Shown piece after piece: positions 52,696 through 61,600 of a stretch of DNA of 64,000 nt. This stretch comes from Octopus bimaculoides (taxonomy: Eukaryota): contig NC_069007.1 in the NCBI RefSeq assembly GCF_001194135.2, forward strand, positions 4,243,098-4,307,097, given 5' to 3'. Under the pieces are notes generated by a model. It saw only the letters and a program-made list of their open reading frames with translations, ran no database searches and was not told where the DNA came from. Numbering within the stretch: position 1 is the stretch's first letter; each line of letters opens with the position of its first letter. The position numbers and the translations under genes are program-made.

Positions 52696-55600
52696 CCTCA
52701 TCATTTAACGTCTGTTTTCCATGGGTTACGACAGGCTTCTTTTCAGTTTCCGTTTACCAAATCCACTCACAAGGCTTTGGTTGGCCCAAGGCCATAGTAG
52801 AAGACATTTGCCCAAATAAAAAAGTAAAAGATATTGTAAACTATCTTATAAAGTTCATTCTTTCTTTTGCCAGGCTGCAAACCTGGAGAGTTCACCTGTT
52901 CCAATGGGGAATGCATTGACAATGAAAAGGTATGCGATGGGGAATCAGACTGCAATGACACTCTTGATGAACAGATATGTCGAACAAACAGTGAGTTGAT
53001 ATTTATTTTTTATGACTCTTGATGTCAAAGTATGAATTAAATGCTAAAACTTAAAAGCAATACATATCCAGTATTTTAAGCACTAATTTGAGAAGGAAAA
53101 GATTTGTGTGGTTTGCCTATCCACCATGCATTCATACCATGTAGTTCTGGGTTCACTACATCAATGGCTTTTTCCTGTTCCCATGCGAATATTTGTCCCT
53201 TAGCACTGAACATATTTACCAGTTCTACCCTCATCCCACCAAATATTGTCAGTGTTATTTCTGTGGCTTATATAACCAATCAGGGGCAAGCTGATGGAAA
53301 TAGCCAATCAGAGGCAAGCTGAAATAACCAATCAGAGCAAAGAACTCCCAGCCTTACCAGCTCATGTCAAGCTGTCCAACTCATGCCAGCATAGAAAAAC
53401 AGACATTAAATGATGATGATGATATAAAGTGAAATATTTACATGCAAATTTTCCAGCTTTAAAAGAAAAATCTCTTCTTTTTGTTATGGAGATGTACTTG
53501 CATAGCAAGTGACCTGATCTGAGATCGTGTGCTGGAATGAAAACAATTGCAGCATGGAAGGTGTTTATAAGCCATTTAAGAAACACACAAAAACCATTAG
53601 ATTCACTTCAACATTTAAAGTTAATTTTCCAAAATATTTTCATCGCTTTAAGCCCACGACCTGTTCACTGACAAAATTCCGATTCATATATATATATATA
53701 TATCTATATATATATATACAATTGCAGCATGGAAGGTGTTTATAAGTCTTTTAAAAACACACAAAAACCGTTAGATTCACTTCAACATTTAAATTTAATT
53801 TTCCAAAATATTTTCATCGCTTTGAGACTGCGACCTGTTCACTGACAAAATTCCATCACGTTTTTTGTGTGTTTCTTAAATGGCTTATAAACACTTTCCA
53901 CGCTGCAATTGTCTTCTTTTTGTTGTTAATGTATAATGTTATGTCCCCTCGTTGTCATCTGTTTGTACTTAAACACTGTTTTAACTCTCCGTTCTATTAC
54001 AGAGACTACACCTTATCCTTCTGAATACACTTCGCGTAAGTATCCTTTCCTCCTCCCCCTCTATTTTTTTGTGATTTATTTCATGTTTACTTATTTACTA
54101 AGGCTGAAAGCATCTGTTATTGCTTTAATATTTATTGATCTCTAACTGGCACCAGGCCATGTATTAAGAACAGGAGGTCATATAAATGACCTCAGTATTT
54201 GGCCTGGTCTTCATTTGATCCCCAGCTGAAGGGAAATAAAAAAAAGCAAAGAAATGCCACAAAAGTTACAGGGTGGACCAAAAAGGCACTCACCAAGATT
54301 AAAACTCAATGGAATTGCCAAAGATATGCTTCAGTTTTTCTAGAATTGAATGAAATAAAATGAAATACTGATGAATACAAACATACTTCTGCATGATGAA
54401 CAAAATTGATAATAATAATAATAATAATAATAATGATGATGATGATGATGATGATAATAATAATAATAATGGTTTCAAATTTTAGCACATGGTCAGCAAG
54501 TTTAGGGTGGGGAAAGTCAATTACACTGACCCCAGTGTGTAACTGGTACTTATTTCCTCGACCCCAAAACAATGAAAGGCAAAGTTGACTTCAGTGGAAT
54601 TTGAACTCAGAATGTAAAGATGGACAAAATGCCACTAAGCAGAGGATGAGGGCTAGGGTTAGGGTTAGTCAACCTCAGTGGAATTTGAACTCAGAATTTA
54701 AGGGCAGATGAAATTCCACTAAGCATTTTGTCTGGTGTGCTAATGATTCTGCCAGCTCACTGCCTCTCACGTAATATCAATAAAATGTCAAATGTTTTGG
54801 TGCTTGACTTCTGGCCCACCCTGTAGTTTTGTTCAATGTTCTGTTCATTCACTCTGACATCGTCTTTCCTACCTACAGAATGATAAACACTTTCTTTCCC
54901 TTGTATTTCTTGTTGTTGAATAGGAGTGATTGATCGTCTGGCTGTGTTTTTAAAGTTTAGCATGTTTTAATGGCTGTAGTTTGTCTGCTGTTAGGACTTG
55001 AAATACAGGTAAAAAGTACATAATAACGACTATGCAATGTTCCGCAAGACTTTGTGTGATTGTATCCAGAACATATTTTGTATATCCCATGCATTTGAAG
55101 ACATTTATATCAATATTTACTTACATAAATATATTTTTTTAATTACAAGTGGGTTGAAAGTTTATTAGTTTAAATGTTGTTTTTGCAGCCAGAAAAATAG
55201 AAGGAACCACTCTATTGCCTTTGATAACAGAAATATTCGGAACAGAACAGCCTACAGGTAGCTTAACCTATGAAGTATTCCTTTTATTTTTCAAATTATT
55301 TCTTCTTGAGAATAAAAAATAATATCGTTTATTAATTAAAAATTAGAAACAAGCAACAGGTCCGTTGATAAGGTTTGCTCACCTGTTTAACATTTGCCTG
55401 GTAGTCTCACGTCATGGATTATGACACTACAGAGGGCCTGTCACTCCATATTTGCTTCTAATGATATTTTAATATTTTATATATATTAAAACATGAATAG
55501 CAGAAAAGCTAATAACACTGATGTCAGTTATATCGATGTTCAGAGAAATGTAATGACAGGCAGAGTATAAAGAAAATGAACAAGCAATATATACAGATAT

Positions 55601-58600
55601 GTGGTGTGTGTCATGTTTATTGGCTTAGTGGTCTTTTCTGCTTCAGTTTGATTCTTGTAATAATCTAATATGAAGGTGCATGGCCTAGTGGTTAGGCTGT
55701 TGCACTTACGATCGCTAGATCGTTGGTTTGATTCCCTGGTTGGGTAACATGTTGTGTTCTTGAGTAAAACACTTTATTTCACATTGCTTCAGTCCACCCA
55801 GCTGGCAAAAATGACTAGTACCAGTAATTCAAAGGGCCAGCCTTGTCACATTCTGTGACTCACTGAATCTCCTTGAGAACTACATTAAGGGAATGCGCTC
55901 TATGGATTACTCAGCCACTTGTATGTTAATTCCACAAGCAGGATGTTCCATTGATCAGATCAACTGGACCCCTCATTGTCATAACCGATGGAGTGTCAGT
56001 TAGTTAATGCTATAAATTTCATATCTTATGATATATCGCCATCATTGGACACCTATTTTCCTTACACACATTACATATGAAGATTATGTATTAAAATCAA
56101 TAATGGATTAATTATCCTCACTACTCTCAACACCACCACCACCATTACTGATCATCTTCGCATCATCACCCTCCTTTTTGAATTCGTTATATTCCTTCAT
56201 TGTATAATGAATATATATATATAAATGTTATATAAAATAAATAAATAAATAAACAAAGCAACAACTAGACACCACATGATATATCATATATTGCTATAAT
56301 TAGCTGATGAAATGTCATTAGAATCAATATTGACTCCCATAATTATGATTTCAGTATAATTCCAATAATATACCAGTTTTGATATTTATCTATTTTATAT
56401 CTTCTCTCACATAAAAGAACAGAATACATTGCAAAAAAAATCATACAAGATGAATGTAACGATATTAAACCATGGTTTATTCATCTTTCTTAATCATTTA
56501 ACTTCTATTTTCCTTGCTGTCATGGATTATTCAACATGTATATTTGGTGAGGATTCCTAGGCATGCAAAGGCTACAGTAAAACTTTGTCATACAAAATCC
56601 AACTAAAATTGTTACTGCAATGATTTATTAAAAAAGTTAATGATATGATATATCAACTCTTGTTATGTAAACTGATGTTTCCATGTTCTATAGAAACGAT
56701 TTCATACTTGTACATTGGTGATATATTTATGAATTTACTGATATATGTTTTATGCTTGTTCTTTAATCTGGCTGTTGATATTTTGGTAATGTCTTCTAAA
56801 ATTGATAATCTCGAAAATTGTCTCTTGCTGCCAGAAAGCCTTCAAGCAACAGAAATAACAACAAAAATACCGACAATTATGGGAACAACACCAGTTGCAT
56901 CAACTGCACCAGTTATATCAACAACATGGCAAACCATTTCAACAGAGACACCAGTTATGTGGACGACAGAAGGGAAGACTTGTGTTGATATCAATGGTCT
57001 GTCAAGCACAACTTATATCAAAGACGAGTGGATACAAACTACAGACAATACCATTCCAGGATACCGTTTAAGACCACTTGATGCACAAGGCAGACATGGA
57101 GAGGAAGTGTTTGAGAGTTCGGCTGCACTTGTTGTGATTACTGTCCAACTGAGTGATAATTATGATGTGTCTTTGAGCAGTTTACAGCTAATTGTTCACA
57201 AAAATATTAAAAGCTTTATGATAAAGTACAGCAAAGTAGGAGCAGATCATTATAAGCCATTTGGAAAGGTAGTTACTGAGTAATATAATTGTTGTCTTTT
57301 ATAAAACTTCATTTTACAAATAATTAACAAAGTTTTTAGAATATTTCAAATATAAATGGAATTCTTTCATGAAATCAAAAAGAATTCTACAACTTGTAAC
57401 GTTGCTGATTTGTCAGTATTGAATTCAACATCAATCACTGGTCAAAATGAAATCTCATTTCTGTTTGTAGAGACCTGTGTCATCGTTTGATAGAATCAGT
57501 ATATGAATGGTAAAATGACCTATTGACAGAATCGGTAGAACATTGGAGAAATGTTTGAATTCTGAGTTCATATGCTGGAGAAAACGTTAATGTTTTACCT
57601 ATCCAGGGTCAATGAACTGTCTACCATTCATGTAAAACGCTTAAATTTCCTGCTTTTTCTCTCTCTCTCTCTCCATCAGTCGACTTCTAATTTGAAAAGA
57701 TTGTGGCTGAATAAAACCAGTGTCCTTTACTCCTTACAAATGTGGAAAGGGATAAAATGTAGTGTCTAATAACCTCTTCATATTTCACCTGCCACAGGAG
57801 GCGCAATGGCCCAGTGGTTAGGGCAGCGGATTCGCGGTCATAGGATCGCGGTTTCGATTCCCAGACCGGGTGTTGTGAGTGTTTATTGAGCGAAAACACC
57901 TAAAAGCTCCACGAGGCTCCGGCAGGGGATGGTGGCGAACCCTGCTGTACTCTTTCACCACAACTTTCTCTCACTCTTACTTCCTGTTTCTGTTGTGCCT
58001 GTAATTCAAAGGGTCAGCCTTGTCACACTGTGTCACGCTGAATATCCCCGAGAACTACGTTAAGGGTACACGTGTCTGTGGAGTGCTCAACCACATGTAT
58101 GTTAATTTCACGAGCAGGCTGTTCCGTTGATCAACTGGAACCCTCGACGTCATAATCGACGGAGTGCCAACAACAACAATTTCACCTGCCACAAATTCTG
58201 GTCAAAGAAACCAGTAAATGTTCTGGAATCTGATATTTTGAGATACTGTATAATACAGAGAAGATAAAACGAAATCTCCTGCTATTTGTCTGTCTATCTC
58301 ACTCCCTGTCTGTCTATATACATACATACATACACACACACACATATCGTGCATAAACATTTCAATGAATATTTGTAATTACTACAATATCCTTTTCCTT
58401 TCATCAAAGATTTATGATTTAATTTAAATCTTGGTCATGTTTCAAGGAGAGTACATAAAGGAGTCAGTTTCATAAAATTTGATGCTATTTTGAATACATA
58501 TCATCAAAGATATACCATGTTGGATAGAACTGGCACCAAATTTCACATCACAGTAACGATTTAGGAATAAAGGACATGTCTTCATAATATTTCTGAGATT

Positions 58601-61600
58601 CATTTATTTGTGATTTAAGATTTCATCTTATTACAAGATTTAGGGAAATGATTCTTTGACTGAACTCTTTGATTCCAGAATGTTTGATGAGATTTTTGAT
58701 ATTTTCAGCAATTTTCTGCTACTGATTCTGTATATTTCCCAACTGGTTTCCAAGCCCATCGCATACAAATATTTATAATTGATACATTTGACGTTAGTAA
58801 AAGTGTGAAAATCTTATTGGATATCCACGGCTGTTTTGAACCAGTGTTTCGTAAGTAACAACTAAAAGAGAAGCTGTTTATTCACACAAGTCTGTGTTGT
58901 CGTCATCACCTTTGTTACCAAACGTTCACTGTCTGTGATTCTGTGTTTTGCTCTGGTTTCTTCTTCAGTTCGTCTTTGTCTATATTACTTTGCATTTGTC
59001 ATATGTTCTGGAAAATATAGTAAATATTTGTTAGTTTCATGTTTTTTGTAATTGATATCTAAAGAAATTATGTTGTTTGTTGTTGATTGTTTTGTTTAAA
59101 GGAATTTAAGGCACAAAAATGTAAGGGAGATGGAGTAGTTTTAAGGTTAATGAATTTCATTGTAAAAGAGTTAAAAATCCTCAACATATTTAAGGTTAAT
59201 CAGTTCTGCTTTACATAAATAACTGAGAAAGAAAAGCAAACTTTAAGTAGATTTCTTAATGAGAGATGGATAGACATTTTCCAATTTTAAAAAGAATAAC
59301 ATGTAGTATTTCAGATGAAAACTATTCATACTCAAAATTGTAATTTTTCAAACAATTCTATTTTTGGTATGTTCCATTATTTTATGTTCCCATCATTACC
59401 ATTATCTGACTTTCTCTCTAAAATATTTGAAAGTAACATCATGGCTTTTCGCTAAATTTTGGCATAAAAATATTGATTTTAACAGAATTTATTATTTTGA
59501 ATTGAACAATGTATAATCTTTCATATCTAAATTCACTACTTAAAGATTTCTAACAAACCATATTAGTATAATATCTACCACATTTTCTTGTGTTTGTTAC
59601 TATATTCTGATGCCTAGGCCAAATTATCTTTATATATAATAATATAATTATCATAGACATCAATGTGAATATTGACCCAGCATTTAATAATGGTGTTGTA
59701 ATGGTTGTTGTTGCTGTCTTTTTTTCCAGTCATTATTCCAGAATATGTTGATATTATGTCCAGTGTCATGTCGTATCTATTCAGTTATATTTTAAAAATT
59801 TCTTTTGTGGTTTTCAAGTTTTTGTCATTTTACATATTCCTATTTCCCCTGAAGTAAAGTTCTTCTTTACTGATTTTCTTGTGAGGGTTTGTGATGAAGA
59901 CTGCAACTGTTTATGTTGAATATAGTGTATATTATATAGTGTATATTATATATGAAATTATTAATAAATCATAATTGTATAGAAAAGCAAAACAATTTGG
60001 TCATAGAAAACAGTGTTTCTGAACTGGAATTTATGTGAGATTTTTTTAGGAGTCCATGCAAGGAAAATGGTAAATTGGGTATACACAGTAGTATATTAAG
60101 GGTCTGTGAAAATTGTTTGCTGTAGATGTGTTTATTACAAGAAACGGTTATGCTTCTTTCCCTCATTGTTTTACATGGTTCAAACTATACAAGTTAATGT
60201 GTGAAATAAATGAAACAGGAATTTTTAAAGAAGAATCTGTACAACTAGTTTTTGAACACAAATGAGTATAAGGGTCCAGCAGAGTACAATATTAATGAAA
60301 GGGGTCCATAGATGAAAAATGGTTGAGATCCACTGATATAGAGCAGGGGTTTTCAAACTGTGGTCCGTAAGGACAATGCAGGGGGTCCGTGAACAGCAAA
60401 TACTTTTTATGGGCAATTTGATTTTATATGTTTTTTAATCGAAATCTTTTAATTGACAATAAACCTATTTTGTTAAATACTGTTAAATAAATAAATGTAA
60501 AAATATATGTTATTTTAAGCAAATATTTATGTGTAAGTTTCATAAGCGTTTATAAGGGAGTCCCTAAGGTAAAGCCTGAAATATAAAGGGGTCCATAAGT
60601 CAAAAAGTTTGAAAACCCCTGATATAGAGTATCAACAGTGAAATCCCTTGCTGCCAACACTGAAAGATGATCATTGATCCAGCGGACCCCATCAGTGTTT
60701 GAGTCATTGAGGTCTTGAATGTCTCCATCTGATTGGTTTGTACTACATCAGGATAGGATATTCTCCACAGAATCTTCCCCCCCACGTTTTTCATCTTGTG
60801 CCAGTTGAGGGACTCTTGTTTTGTGATGTGAAGCCTTACCAGGGCCTTCTGTCTCACGTACCATTTTGTCCTGTTAGAGATGAAGCCCCTAATACATTTA
60901 ATAAAGCAGTAGAGATTAACCCTCAGGAGAATGACCGTTTGTCTCATATAAATCTGGGGTCATTGTAAGGTATAATGTCCATGGTAAGTCAAAAGCCCAG
61001 AGGGACCTTTGACATCGATATAGTCCTCAGTGCTAAGAGTATCCACATGCTGGCTCATCTTGCGACCATTGGGGAACTATTTTATGATGTCTTCTATAAG
61101 TAAAAACTACTTAATACTTTGCTGTCAATGGCCATGAGAGACATTTCAAACCTCATTTATTCATTATTTATTGAAGGTTTTAAAGATGTAAATATATTTG
61201 AAAACTTCAACAATGTAACAGAAGCATAATAATGTATTGAGAAATCAGCATTATTTACATTTATTGCTGTCNNNNNNNNNNNNNNNNNNNNNNNNNNNNN
61301 NNNNNNNNNNNNNNNNNNNNNNNNNNNNNNNNNNNNNNNNNNNNNNNNNNNNNNNNNNNNNNNNNNNNNNNCTGTACTGATTTCAGGATCTCCAACAAAA
61401 GAGGGACTGACCACTCCAGCAACAGGACATTCATCTACAGTATCTGTAAAATCTTCTGGAACTACAATGAAAAGGGAACTGACGACTGCAGGAAAAGGAC
61501 ATTCTTCTACAGTACCTGTGCAATCTTCAGGATCAACAACAAAAAGGGAACCAACCAATCCACCTGCAGAACATGCATCTACAATGTCTGTAATATCCTC

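Noticed and set aside
17278-57796. Shared CTGCC in two SINE-A TSDs suggesting target specificity
   Set aside because: Only two of the TSDs share it, and the other TSDs do not.
59710-59765. Candidate phase-1 exon between FA58C and the PTS exon
   Set aside because: The acceptor is plausible, but there is no good donor in a compatible phase and the translation is uninformative.
60630-61080. GC-richer stretch with 115-aa and 76-aa ORFs
   Set aside because: Probably a decayed TE, but I could not recognise any motif, and it has no splice sites fitting the host gene.
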